A DNA stretch of 64,000 nt from Eledone cirrhosa. Taxonomy: Eukaryota. The position numbers were made by a program, and so were the translations under genes. Position 1 is the first letter of the stretch, and each line of letters opens with the position of its first letter. Under the pieces are notes generated by a model. That model saw only the letters and a program-made list of their open reading frames with translations. It was not told where the DNA came from and searched no databases. Where the stretch lies: NCBI GenBank assembly GCA_964016885.1, contig OZ024746.1, forward strand, positions 31,620,001-31,684,000, written 5' to 3'. Of this stretch, positions 49,245 to 61,799 are shown piece after piece.

Positions 49245-50180
49245 TCATCATCATTATCACAGTTTAGACATCTATTTTCCATGCTTGCATTTCCATGCTA
49301 GCATAGATTGGGCGAAGAAGTCAGGAGCATGCTTGCCTCATTTCTTTCCAATCTTCCTAAGTCCTCCATATACAAAACCCAAGTCTCACTACCACAAGTC
49401 TCACAGATGCAGCAATGCTATTGGCATGCAAGCACCATACAATCTGCCTTTCACTCTGAGGTACTGAGCTTTTTCCATTCAGTCCTTACTCTGGCTAATG
49501 TACTTTCGGAACACTCACCATCATCATCATTGTCATTTTTACATCTACTTTTCCATGTTTAAGCTGTCAAATATTTCTATGAAGCCCTCTGAGCATTTGT
49601 TTACTGTTTCTTTTTGTTGCTTACTGCTCCTATGCATCAGCTACATACAAAAACCTATATTTGTACCACCCTTACCAGCCATTCATCTACCCCTAGCGTC
49701 CTATACCCCCCCCCCCCCAGATTATGGAGTGGAGAATCCCATCAAAAGCTTTTTCCAGATCAATAAATGCTAGGTAGAGGGGCTTACTCTTGGCTCACAA
49801 GGAAGAGAGTATCTGTCGTACCTTTACCTGGCACAAAGCCAAACTGCATCTCATATATGTTAATTCTATCCAAAATTTCAAGCATGGAAGAAGAACCTAG
49901 AGTTGAAAAGCCTAAAAGTAAACTTAGCAAAGGCGAAAGTCTTAAGAGGTAGGAAAGAAGACAGGAGGGTGATACCATCAGGGAAGAGGCCTTGTTCGAT
50001 ATGTCAGAAAGAGGTGGGCAATAATAAAATGCACACAGTGTAATTTATGCATACACAAGAGATATAGTGGGATTGCAGGAAGGCTAACAGAATAGACAGA
50101 CTTTATATGCAGCAGATGCACAGGAGAAATGACTACAAAGAGCACATGTGAAATAAATTCCTTCAGTTGCCAGGGAAGCT
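49245..50180. mobile_element. Cluster of decayed RTE fragments in both orientations
   Basis: EMQFGFVPGKGTTD on - (49770-49875); LKVNLAK...PCSIC on + (49885-50180); LERNEASML on - (~49330). Confidence 0.75.
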
Positions 50181-51065
50181 AGAAAGAAACGTTGGTGATT
50201 TACACAATAAATGCATCCAGTACATCCTGTAAAGTGGTTAGTAATAGGAAGGGCATCCAGCTGTAGAAAACTTGTCAAAGGGTACTTGTGTCTGTGGAAT
50301 GCTCAGCCACTTGCATGTCAATTTCATGAGGAGGCTATTCTATTGATCAAACAATTGCAACACATGCTATAGGACCAGATAGAAGTCTAACATATCCACA
50401 CATACACGTGTACACACACATGCTAGCATTGACTTCTATCATCCTTGTTCTCGCTCTTATCGATCGACAAGATCCCAGACCTCATTCACTTGCTGAGTGG
50501 GGTAGACTTCATCAAATCGGACCAAGGAAACAATATTGGTCTTTCCATTGCTAATACCATCTACTGGTCGCAACTCCTGGCAATGTGAAATAAAGCGTCT
50601 TGCTCAAGGCCACAATGCCTCACCTGGTCTGAGAATTGAACTCATGACTTCACTAACCACTAAGCCGTGTGCCTACTTGTTGATTTAAGTTATTTTAGCA
50701 ATTAACTCTTTATCTCAACTACTTACAGACTGATTTTATAATATAAAAACTAAACATCTCATCTGAATTTCTTCTTATGTGTAATATGTCAATGTGATGC
50801 ACTTTGTTGAACATTAAAAGAACTTCTGTTAAGATTGGTATGATTTTTCTAGAATATTTATAGTTTTATCAATATTCTGCAATGAAGAAACTTGATTAAT
50901 ACTTGAAAAATACAAAACCCAAAACATTGGAAGGAAATATTTTGAGATAAAACTGAGCTCTTAAACTTCTCTCATGTACATAAAGATCGTTGCCATTGCT
51001 CTAGTTTAGTAAAGATTTCAGTTAACACTATGAGTGTCAATTCAACTAAGTTGAATACAACTATG

Positions 51066-51270
51066 TATGAGGGTCAGCTGAAAAGTTCATTATTGGCTGA
51101 CCAAGATACTCTCATGGAATGACCAAATGAAGTTTATTTTTCAACATAGACCCTGGAAAGACACAATGTAGTAATTAATAAGAAAAGTTAAAATTAATGC
51201 ATGCAAGATTTCACAGATCTAGCATCACTCCTTCATAGTCAGCCTATGAACCTTTCAGTCGACCCTTGTA
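51066..51270. mobile_element. Mariner-derived MITE
   Basis: Imperfect TIRs TA|TGAGGGTCAGCTGAAAAGTTCAT ... ATGAACCTTTCAGTCGACCCTTG|TA with TA TSD. Confidence 0.75.
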
Positions 51271-52124
51271 TGTATGCTAGAGTCTGGTTATTTGTTTTTC
51301 TCTGACAACACTAATAGTATCACTAAACCTGTATTTTTCACTACACAATACATAATCAGCCATGCCAAATCATGTTACATGTCATAATACCATATGACTC
51401 TCTCCCCTACTTTGGATATTTTTACAAGCAAAAATCTTTAGTGATTTATTTATTGATCACAGGATGATAGTATATATTTTATTTAATTATACAAATTTGA
51501 ATAAAATTCTAATTAGGTTCAGTAATGTGCCTCTTTGAGGTGTGCACCTGAGATAACTATCCTGTTGGTTTTAATGTAAATATAGACCAAAATAACTATA
51601 ACATTATCACAGGAAATAATTATCATGAAATTTATGGGTATTTAAGCTGAAAATCAAGCCAGCTCTGCTGGTTGATAGCTGATGCCTAGTTGTAGCAGCT
51701 GCTAGTTGCTAAGGTTCTGCTGTAGCCAGGTCAGATCAGTAAATATGCCATGCATAAGGCAATATTTTATCTCAACCAATGTCTCTGCATCCACACATTC
51801 ACTCACAAACTCCAACACATCACAACAAAAATATTTTAATCTATTTTAATCTGTTATATCAAACAGTTTATGTATTTTGGTTGTTATATTTTGCTACATG
51901 GTCTCGTCATATTCCATGAAACAAATTAAAATATCAAAATTAACAATTTGGCTTCCTTGTTGGTCCATCTCAGTCCATCATGGTTCTGATTGTACAACAC
52001 ACTACAACTTCAACAATCATCACGACAACCAAAAACATGCCAACAACAAAACTGCTAAACATACATGCATAAATACATGCGTACATACACACATATATCA
52101 ACATCATCATCATTATCATCATCG

Positions 52125-52410
52125 TATAGTGTATAGAACGTGGAAAATATAGAGATAGGTGATGTATATAAAGGTAGTATATAGAACATGGTAAATATAG
52201 AGGTAAGTGATGGGTAAGTAAAGAGGTAGTGTATGGTAGTGTATAGAATATGGTAAATATAGAGATGCATAATGTGTATAGAGGTAGTGTATAAAACATG
52301 ATAAATATAGAGATAAGTGATGTGTATAAAGGTAGTGTATAGCACATAATCAATTTAGAGATAAATGATGGGTAACATGGTAAATATAGAGATGAAATGT
52401 TAAACATGTT
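52125..52410. repeat. Degenerate tandem repeat
   Basis: Recurring GGTAGTGTATAGAACATGGTAAATATAGAGAT-like units. Confidence 0.7.
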
Positions 52411-52659
52411 GACAATGAGGTGAATTGGCAGAATTGTTCAAGCATGAGATAGAATGTCTTATAGTATTCATTCTGCATTTCTGAGAACAGGGTTCAAATC
52501 TCATTGAAGTAAAATTTGTCTTTTATTCTTTCAGGATTACTAAAGTGCCAGTGTAGTTCCGGGGCAATTTCTTCTCTCTCTCTCCCTTTTTCTACCTGGA
52601 TTGTACTTGTAATTAAAAGGACGAATCTTCTTGTCACATTGTCTGTGGAAAACACTTCT

Positions 52660-53050
52660 TCTTTGCTCACTTATTCCTGGCAGGGTCATGGGGGCAGAGC
52701 ACTCAAACAATCCTTCCAGTGGATCCTGTCAGAAGCAACTGTTTCCAACTGATCCAGCTGGATCCCCAAGTGAGACCAGACAACTCATGGATGTTATCCA
52801 ACCATCTTGCTCAGGATCTACCCCTGGGTCTTCTGCCTGTTGGTTTTGCCTGCAAAATCTGTCCAGTGCTTCTTTCCTGAGACATCTTAACCCCATGTCC
52901 ATAGTATCGAAGCTGTGATCTCTCAATTTGGAGAAGTAGTGGCTCTAGCTGGAGTGACACTCTGATCTCTGAGCTACACTACTTCAAAGACCCTTCAGAG
53001 GAACCCCATTTTGGTTGGTTGTATTTGGGATTATATTCTTTCAGTCATTC
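52660..53050 (-). mobile_element. Expander/Rex3-like RTE LINE, 3' part (continues at 54016-54110 and ~59145-59200)
   Basis: LTYGHESWV|MTERI joins across the family-A insertion; EPLLL.IERSQL.YYGH and GRRPRGR motifs; homologous to 60148-60420. Confidence 0.75.
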
Positions 53051-53056
53051 AGTCAT

Positions 53057-54014
53057 TATAGCAGAATCAGTAGAGGAGCTCTAGAATAAATTTTGGTTAT
53101 GGAAACAGCAGTTGAAATCAAGAGGACTGAGAGTGAACATAACTAAGATAAAAGTTTTGATAAGTAGAAGAGAGGACAATACTCTGATTCCATGAGGGAA
53201 ATGGCCATGTTCGATATGTAGGAAAGGAACTGGCATAAATTCCATAAAATGTACACAAGAGATGTAGTGGGATAGCAGGCAAACTAACAGGTAGGGAAAA
53301 CTATGTATGCAGTAGATGTACAGGGAAAGTTGGCAGTAGTAATCGCAGTGAGAGACACATTTTTCCAATGCAGGTGGGTTCTATAGAAGTGGTTGATAGC
53401 TTCCGGTACCTAGGTGATCAGATTAGCATGGGAGAGGGGGGGGGGGGGTTCCGAGGCCAGAGTATCTAGAATAATAACAGGTTGGAAGAAGTTTAGGGAG
53501 CTGCTTCCTCTGTTGACAAAGAAGGGTTTCTCCCTGCGTACAAAAGGAGGGTTATATGATGCCTGTGTGAGATGCACGATGCTGCATGGTAGTGAGACAT
53601 GGGCAGCAACTGCAGAGGATATGCGACGGCTGGAGAGAAATGAAGCAAGCATGTTCCGCTGGATGTGCAATGTCAATGTGCTTGAACAACCAAGCATAGA
53701 CAAGTTGAGAAAGAAACTGGGTATAAGAGGGATAAGTTGTGGTGTGCAGGAGAGAAGGCTGAGATGGTATGGACATGTGATGCGCATGGAGGATGACCAC
53801 TGGGTAAAGAAGTGCCAAGAAATCCCAGTAGAAGGAAGACACAATAGAGGTAGACCACGAAAAACATGGGCGGAGGTGGTGAGAGCAGACCTCACATCGC
53901 TGAAGCTCATGGAGGAGATGACGAAGGACCGTGACAAGTAGAGAGATGCTGTGATGAATACGACCCAGCCAACCCTTGCAAGCAGGGAAAAGCGGACGTA
54001 AAATGATGATGATG
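53057..54014 (+). mobile_element. 5'-truncated RTE LINE (family A), decayed
   Basis: Colinear with 36650-37627; (GAT)n tail. Confidence 0.92.
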
Positions 54015-54148
54015 ATTACCCAAGATTCATGACCATAGGTAAGGTTTGGCACAAATACCAAATTGAAGATAGCAAGTTTGGCATCAGTACTAATTGAAGA
54101 ATACCTTAGAGACATTTTTCCCTAACGGTAGATTAATACGGCATACCA

Positions 54149-54943
54149 ATGGCTTCCCACTCTGTTCAGCCAACGTACACGGGCGACGTAAGGTTGTGGT
54201 TCTCGCAATTAGAAGCTTTCTTCAGGGCGAACAGAGTCGACGAGGAACTACAGCATTCTGTGGTCCTCAGTGCCATTCCGCCGGCAATTCTCCCAGCGGT
54301 CAAGGACCTCGTGTTGGAGGCTACGACAGAGTCGTCGTACGCGTCTCTGAAGGCTAAAATACTCAGCCGGACAGAAAAGTCGTCAGAGAAGAGATTTAGG
54401 GCTCTGGTCCACCTGGAGCACATAGGGGATGGCACACCATCGAACCTCCTTAGGCGGATGAAGGACCTAACGGAGGGGTCTGCAGCGGAAACTGCCCTGC
54501 TAAAGCAGTTGTTCTTTTCGCGCCTGCCGACGAACGTACAGGCAATTTTGGCCCCCATGAGGGATTCGAGCTCGGTTGAGCAGCTTGCCTCATCGGCGGA
54601 CAAGATATTCAAGGTGACGAATGCCGGAGACAGCGACCCCCTCGCCGCTGTTCAACACCCAGCTCGGGCCACACACGGCCATGCGATCTACGCGGCAGCA
54701 CCAACAGATAGCTTGGCTATCATTGCGATGCAAAGGTTCATTCAGGAGCTCACCATGGAGCTCCACAAGATGAAGGCCTTGTGTGGTGGCTGTTCGCGCT
54801 CCCGCAGTCGCGGGAGATCGCAAAGTTTCAGACGGCGGTCCAAAACACCAGGTTCAGCCTTATGCTGGTACCACGAGCGATTCGCGGAGAACGCGAAGCA
54901 CTGCGTGCAACCTTGCTCCTATCATAAGGCGGGAAACGCATAA
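54149..54943 (+). CDS. gag: Gypsy Gag
   Basis: [44 protein letters not shown]; ends in the slippery G GGA AAC. Confidence 0.9.
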   Translation: MASHSVQPTYTGDVRLWFSQLEAFFRANRVDEELQHSVVLSAIPPAILPAVKDLVLEATTESSYASLKAKILSRTEKSSEKRFRALVHLEHIGDGTPSNLLRRMKDLTEGSAAETALLKQLFFSRLPTNVQAILAPMRDSSSVEQLASSADKIFKVTNAGDSDPLAAVQHPARATHGHAIYAAAPTDSLAIIAMQRFIQELTMELHKMKALCGGCSRSRSRGRSQSFRRRSKTPGSALCWYHERFAENAKHCVQPCSYHKAGNA

Positions 54944-57900
54944 GAGGTCCGCTGATGGGGACAGATGGCCTCAACATAAAGCCACCAAACCGCCATTTCT
55001 TCATTAAGGACCTAATATCCGGAAGAGGTTTCCTCGTGGATACAGGAGCCTCCTGTAGTATCTGGCCGGTCCATTGCCTGAAAGATACCCCCATAGAGTC
55101 ATCTGTCACGCTGCAGGCAGTTAACCACTCGTCTATAAAGACGTACGGGCAAATCTCGCTCCCTCTAAAATTCCTAAATCTTCGAAGGGATTTTAAGTGG
55201 ATTTTTACGGTTGCCGATTTGCCATATCCCATCTTAGGAGCGGATTTCCTCCACAACTTCTCTTTAACTGTGGACGTCCGTGGCCAACGCCTGGTGGATA
55301 ACATCACCGGCTTTTCAATTCATGGCCAGGAAGCCAAGGCCCCAATAGTCAGCCCTGTGTTCTTTATCGCTGCCGCTGGTGACGCTTACCATGCGTTACT
55401 GGGTTCTTTCCCGGAGCTCACGGATGGAAATTTTCGAGTCACTGACCCAACACACTCGACCGAACATTTTGTTTCCACCACCGGTGCCCCAGTGTTTTCG
55501 CGCCCACGCCGCTTACCGCCGGAAAAATTAAAGGCAGCACGGTCCGAGTTCGACCATATGCTGCAGCTGGGCATTATTCGCCCATCTACGAGTCCTTGGG
55601 CTTCACCGTTACACATGGTGCCCAAGACTTCCGGCGACTGGAGACCCACGGGGGATTATAGGAGGTTAAATGCCATGACCGTCCCGGATAGGTATCCCAT
55701 TCCCCATCTCCACGATTTTGCATCTTCACTGCAGAGGTGTAAGATTTTTTCTAAGTTAGATTTAGTGCGAGCCTACCACCAAATTTCGGTCAGGAAGGAG
55801 GATATTCCGAAAACTGCAATTACAACCCCTTTCGGATCATTCGAATTTTTGACCATGCCTTTCGGACTCAGGAACGCCGCTAGCACTTTTCAGCGGTTCA
55901 TAGACGAGGTCACGCGTGGTCTGGACTTCGTCTATGCTTACATAGACGATATTCTCGTCGCTAGTTCCTCTCCGGAAGAGCATATGCACCACATGCTTCT
56001 CTTACTTCGGCGACTTCAGGATTACCGCGTTCGCGTGAATCCTGCAAAGTGTGTTTTCGGTTCCACTTCCCTACATTTTTTAGGCCACCTCATCGACGCC
56101 GAAGGTATTAGGCCGCTCCCTGAGCGAGTTCAAGCCATACAGGAGTTACCGCCGCCTACTACACTTCACCAGTTGCGTCACTTCTTAGGCCTAATCAATT
56201 TCTATAGGCGTTTCATTCCTCATTGTGCTAATTGGCTATCTTCCCTTACTGACATTTAAAAAAAACGTCGTAAGAAGAATGAAGACATTTCCTTGACACA
56301 AGGACAGCTTCAGGATTTCCAGTCTGCCAAGACAGCCCTCGCTAGTTCTTCTTTGCTAGCCCACCCGGTACCAGAGGCCAAGCTTTCGCTTTGTGTTGAT
56401 GCATCTGATACCGCTGTGGGAGCAGTTTTACAGCAGTCTTACGCTGAAAGCCAACAACCTTTGGCATTTTTCTCGAGGAAGTTGAAACCAGCAGAAACGC
56501 GTTATAGCACGTTTGGGCGGGAATTATTAGCCATATATCTGTCGGTGAAACATTTCTCTCATATCCTTGAGGGGAGAAATTTTACGGTTTTTACCGACCA
56601 CAAACCGTTGACCTTCGCTTTGAGGGCCAAAGCCGACAGATATTCGCCCAGAGAGACAAGGCACCTGGACTACGTTTCACAATTTACAAACGATATCCAG
56701 CACATTGCCGGCTCGCACAACATAGTTGCAGACGCATTATCACGTTTGCCAATTAGCTCCATCTCGTCATCCCAGGATATCGATTTAGGTCGTTTAGCTG
56801 CAGACCAACCTACACTCCAATCGTTGGACACTCTTTCTACCGAATTTGCGACTTGCATTTTCAAATATCTGCCCTTGTCCACCACCGACAGGCAAATCCT
56901 TTGTGATGTATCCACTGATGCACCACGACCACTTGTTCCTGAGACTCACCGTCGAATTGTGTTCCTGGCTCTGCACAACATTTCTCATCCAGGATCGGCT
57001 GCCACAGTTAAACTCATAACAGCCAGATTCTTCTGGCCTAATATGAGGCGCGACATTGCTGTTTTTTGCCGTTCCTGTTTCGCTTGCCAGAAATCGAAGA
57101 TCCATAGACACATCCGGACTCCACTGGGTACTTTCACCACTCCAGATGCCCGGTTCCAACACATCCACATTGACATCGTTGGACCTTGGCCATTCAGCAG
57201 TGGATATTCCTACATATTGACGTGTGTCGATCGTTTTTCGCGATGGCCTGAAGCCATCCCTTTACAAGACATGACTGCCGAGACTGTAGCACGTGCCCTG
57301 GTATCAGGGTGGATTACCCGCTTTGGGGTACCAACTACACTCACCACAGACCGCGGTAGACAATTCGAGTCCCATCTCTTCTCTGAGCTCACCAAAATAA
57401 TTGGAGCTCAACGGATTCGGACCACGGCCTATCATCCTGCTTCAAATGGAATGGTGGAACGATTCCACCGCCAATTAAAGGCCGCTCTTCGCGCCTATCC
57501 AGACTCTCAACGCTGGAGCGAGTACCTTCCTATTGTGTTATTAGGAATTCGGTCATCAATAAAGGAGGACCTTGGGTTCTCCCCGGCCGAATTAATTTAC
57601 GGTGCTCCTCTAGCGTTGCCTGGGCAAATGCTTGCCCCTGTTGATCTTGCTTTCCAAGATCCGCTTTCCTACGTATCCCGTCTGCGTTCTTATTTACAGG
57701 ACCTGCCGCCGATGGATACGAGGAAGCAAACTGTAAAACATGCGGTTCCGAGGGACATTGCCTCGTGGACCCATGTGTTCGTAAGGAACGATGCTGTGAG
57801 ACCACCCCTCACACAACCATACTCTGGACCCTACCGTGTGTTAGCACGCACTGACAAACATTTCACTGTAGACGTTAAGGGGTCCAGAGAGACAATTTCG

Positions 57901-58083
57901 GTGGATAGACTGAAAAGGGCACACAATGACGCTCATACACCCGAGCCACAAATACCCCAATCTTTCACCATTGTGCATACACCTGCTCCTTCTGCCCCAC
58001 CTTCACCTACATACAAGACTACGACCCGTTCCGGTCGGAGAGTCCACTGGCCCAAAAAGTTCTGCCAAACTATTTTTATGTGA
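54931..58083 (+). CDS. pol: Gypsy Pol (protease, RT, RNase H, integrase) with one in-frame TAA at 56257-56259
   Basis: [53 protein letters not shown] integrase, PYSGPY. ORFs 54955 and 56293 share one frame. Confidence 0.9.
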
Positions 58084-58466
58084 ACTGGCCATTGGAGCCT
58101 TATATATATATATATATTTTCTTTTTTTTTGCTGTTCTTATTTATTGATTTATTGTATTGCAATGTACCTCTCATTACCATTTCACTAGATGTATATATA
58201 TGTTTTTCGTTTCCTTTACAACGAACATTTTAAGCTATATTCTTCTATTTGCCGGTTTATAAATTTACAATGTAAATTTACCGTTGATAACCGCGCATTT
58301 ATTAAGAATGCTTATTTCTCTGGTCGCTGGCCTCTTGACCCTTCCAGGTCAACGCATTCTCAACATCGACCATCAACTTCGGCTGCTATTTCTAGCACTT
58401 TGCGCAACTCATTTTTTCTGAAATTTTTTTTTTTACTGTGAATTTAAACACCGAATACGCTCACTC

Positions 58467-58590
58467 AGCAGCAACACCAACAGCAATATAACAGCAACAG
58501 CAGCAGCAACAGCAACAGCAATATAACAGCAACAGCAATACAGCAGCAACAGCAATACAGCAGCAACAGCAACAGCAATACATCAACACA
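58467..58590. repeat. (CAG/CAA)-rich repeat in the Gypsy 3' UTR
   Basis: Direct observation. Confidence 0.9.
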
Positions 58591-60147
58591 GCTTCACCAA
58601 CAACCAAAGCCAGAGAATTTATTTTTGCAGCACTCTTCCTGTGAGAAAATCCATTCGGAGGTTGGAAATTTCACGATATACCACAGAACAGAAACCACCT
58701 GCATTCATTCTCTGGAACACACTTTCTTTCCTGCTGTCATGTGATTGCACACCTGTGAACTATATTTTGTACATTTGAACTTTTGACCTCTTTTCTTACT
58801 TCCATTACTCTGTACCATACTTTTCATGCCTCTTACATGCTCGCCATCTTACTCCATGCATGCTTCTTTCGATTTTTTATGTTTTAAAAATCTGGCGGGG
58901 GATACTGTAGTAAGAGTTGCCTCCCCTGCCACGACAATCGAATCGCTGTTCTCTAGACAGGAAGTAGGTGGAGTTGCTTCCCTTTGGGATTGACCAAACT
59001 CCCTAGTGGTCACTTCCGGTCAACAGAGATAAAAGGAGCGATTAACCGCGAAATCTCTCTCTCGCCTCCTGATTCCTGAAGTGGTAACATCTTCGACCAT
59101 AGCTGGTGATTCTTTCTGGACGACCCTTTCGTTACCAGCACAATGCAGCTCACCAGCCTGAGATGAGAGTACCAAGATATTTCTACCAACTTCAGAATGG
59201 TATTATTGCCATCGGGTAACAGCCCTTTTCATTATACACCTTTGACTTCTATGAAGTAAAACTTTATCACACACACACACCAGTACTCTTTGTCTTTTAT
59301 ATTATGTTGCATGTGCACCGATATTTATTTCCTAAAAATTCTATTAAAGATACACTGGTGTGTGGAATATTTAACTATCTAAATGTTAACTTTATGGGTA
59401 AGAATTCTATTAAGGATACATGTGTGTGGAATACTCAGCTACTTAAACTGAGATTGACGTAGAATCAGCAAACATCAACAAACAAAATCTGTTAATAAAA
59501 TTGTTTATTTCAGGTTCAACTTAACAGGATATGTCAAAATTTATTTCTTCAGGCGATTAATAAATCAACATTGTTTATCTAATCAATATTCTTGCTATCA
59601 GTTATTTGCTATTAATCTATGACTTGACTATATAAAATACACCTTGTCAATACAGCAGCTCTCTTCCTAGATTGTGTCTATATTGTGATACATTCAAGAC
59701 TGATACTATCCTTAGAGCTAACTAGGTAGTTGCTAAGAGTACAGACCTCAGAGATTCACATTACTGACAGGGCCAATGACACCATAAAGGCCAACTAGGA
59801 AGCCACCTTGGACGCAGAACTTAAAGCAGTGCATTACTGAACATTAAAGAATCATAGTTTTATACAAAGCTGTATGATATAATTAAATATAGTCTAATTT
59901 CTTTCAATCAATAAATAAATAACTTAAACATATTTCATGTATAGCAGTGTTGTGGAAATATCCAAAGCATTTGAGAGGGTCATATGGTTTTATGACTTAT
60001 CACATCATTTATCATGAGTGAGTGTGGATGGTGTAATGAAAAATGCAGGCTTCGTAATTTTCTTCAAGTTGTCAGAATAGGAAGTGTGATAAACTAGGTT
60101 TGACAGCTTACCAAACAGTAAGTTGAAATTATTTTATTTTGGAGAGC

Positions 60148-60424
60148 AGGTCCTGTCAGAAGCAACTGTCTCCAACTGATCTGGCTGGATACCCAAGCGT
60201 GACCAGCCTAGCTCATGGTTGTTATCCAACCATCTTGCTTGGGGTCTACCCCTGTATCTCTTGCCGGTTGGTTTTGCCTGTAAAATCTGTCCAGTGATTC
60301 TTCTATCCTGAGACATTCTAACCACATACCCATAGTATTGGAGTTGTGATCTCTCAAGTCGGAGAAGTAGTGGCTCTGCCTGGAGTGACTCTCTGATCTC
60401 TGAACTATGCACTTTATCTTTCAA
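60148..60424 (-). mobile_element. Expander/Rex3-like RTE 3' fragment
   Basis: DKVHSSEIRESLQAEPLLLRLERSQLQYYG...RGRPQARW. Confidence 0.85.
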
Positions 60425-61113
60425 AGTTGATTTACTTAATTATTGAAAAGTCTGAGCCTAATTTACAGGCCAGGAATAACTATGGGCATGTTTCAGTCTA
60501 TTAGATCTTATCAACATAGTATATAACCCTGGCCAGCTAATCAGTTGACAAAGATACTTAGATATAAAAAATAATCTCTGACCAGTACAAATAATCAATT
60601 ATGTATAACTATTTCAATCTGATACGCTTTGCTGGACATTAAAAGAACATCTGTTAAGGTTGATATGATTTTTCTAGAATATTTATAGTTTCACCAATAA
60701 AGAAACTTGATCAATACTTGAAAAATAAGAAACCCAAAACATTGGAAGGTAACATTTTGCGATAAAAAGAGCTCTTAAATTTCTCTAGTGTACATAAAAA
60801 CAAACTATTGAATTACTGACATTTTAATATTGTCCTCGTTTAGTATAGATTTCAGTTGACACTGCATATTTCAATGAATTAACTTTAATTAAATAGATTG
60901 AATGTTGTAAATGACTGTCTTATTAACCCTATCTCATCATAGAAAGAAAAGGAGGGACAAACTTGACTAATTTCAACCTTTCATTAGCAACTAATACCCT
61001 TCTGTATTTTTTCTCACTGATATTGTAGTTATAGTCAATTGTCGTTAATGGCTGACTTATTCATTCAATCTGATCATAGAAATAAAAGGAGGTATCAACT
61101 GGAGAGGTTTTAA

Positions 61114-61327
61114 CCCTTTAATGTTCAAACCGGCCAAAACCGGCCAGAATTCTCTACCTCTTTCTGTTGAAACTGGCTGTAACTGGCCACTCATACTGAT
61201 GTTAAGGTATTGTTCTCAAAATAAATACTTTCAAAATCTCATAGATTCGATATTATGTGAGATAATTATGCGAGGTAAAGCCATGAAAATATAATAGTAT
61301 ATATAGAGCAATGTGAATGCTAAAGGG
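61114..61327 (+). mobile_element. piggyBac-type MITE
   Basis: TTAA|CCCTTTA...TAAAGGG|TTAA. Confidence 0.9.
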
Positions 61328-61799
61328 TTAACCTTTATTGTGGTTTCTTTAGCAACTAATACTCTTCTTTATCTCCCCATACTGATATTGTAGTTATAGC
61401 CAATTATTTAAAACCCTTTTTTTTAACTAACCCATCCAAAAATGACTTGTTCTATGAAACAAAACCTTAGATTTTAAAGATTTCCTATTAAATTAAAATT
61501 TTCAAACATAGTTTTATATAAAAATCTTTTGTTATGTTGAAAATAATGCCTTAATAATGAAATAGTTAATAATTTCAGTAAATCCTACCCAATTCTTCCT
61601 TAATTATTTGAAATACACAGCATAAGTAATTAAAAATATGGTCATGAGGCGGTTAAGAGTTTTATTAAATATATAATTGCATAAATATCATATTCTTAGC
61701 AGAAGACAAATACCCTGTTATACTACAGTTTTGTGTTATAAGCTTTGATGTGAAAATCAAACAAATGAAAATAAATTTTATTGTAGTAGGGCTGTGGAG

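Larger units (their letters stand above)
54110..59140 (+). mobile_element. Ty3/Gypsy LTR retrotransposon, nearly intact coding region; 5' LTR/PBS missing, 3' LTR ~58906-59140
   Basis: gag, then pol in the -1 frame; PPT-like GGCGGGGGA at 58894-58902 before TGTAGT at 58906. Confidence 0.95.

Noticed and set aside
56257-56292. Programmed frameshift or readthrough between the two pol ORFs
   Set aside because: Both ORFs are in one frame and the sister element has a sense codon here; a nonsense change or base-call error is simpler.
58467-58590. Poly-Q coding exon or env-like ORF in the Gypsy 3' region
   Set aside because: No supporting ORF, signal peptide or splice context; a simple repeat in the UTR.
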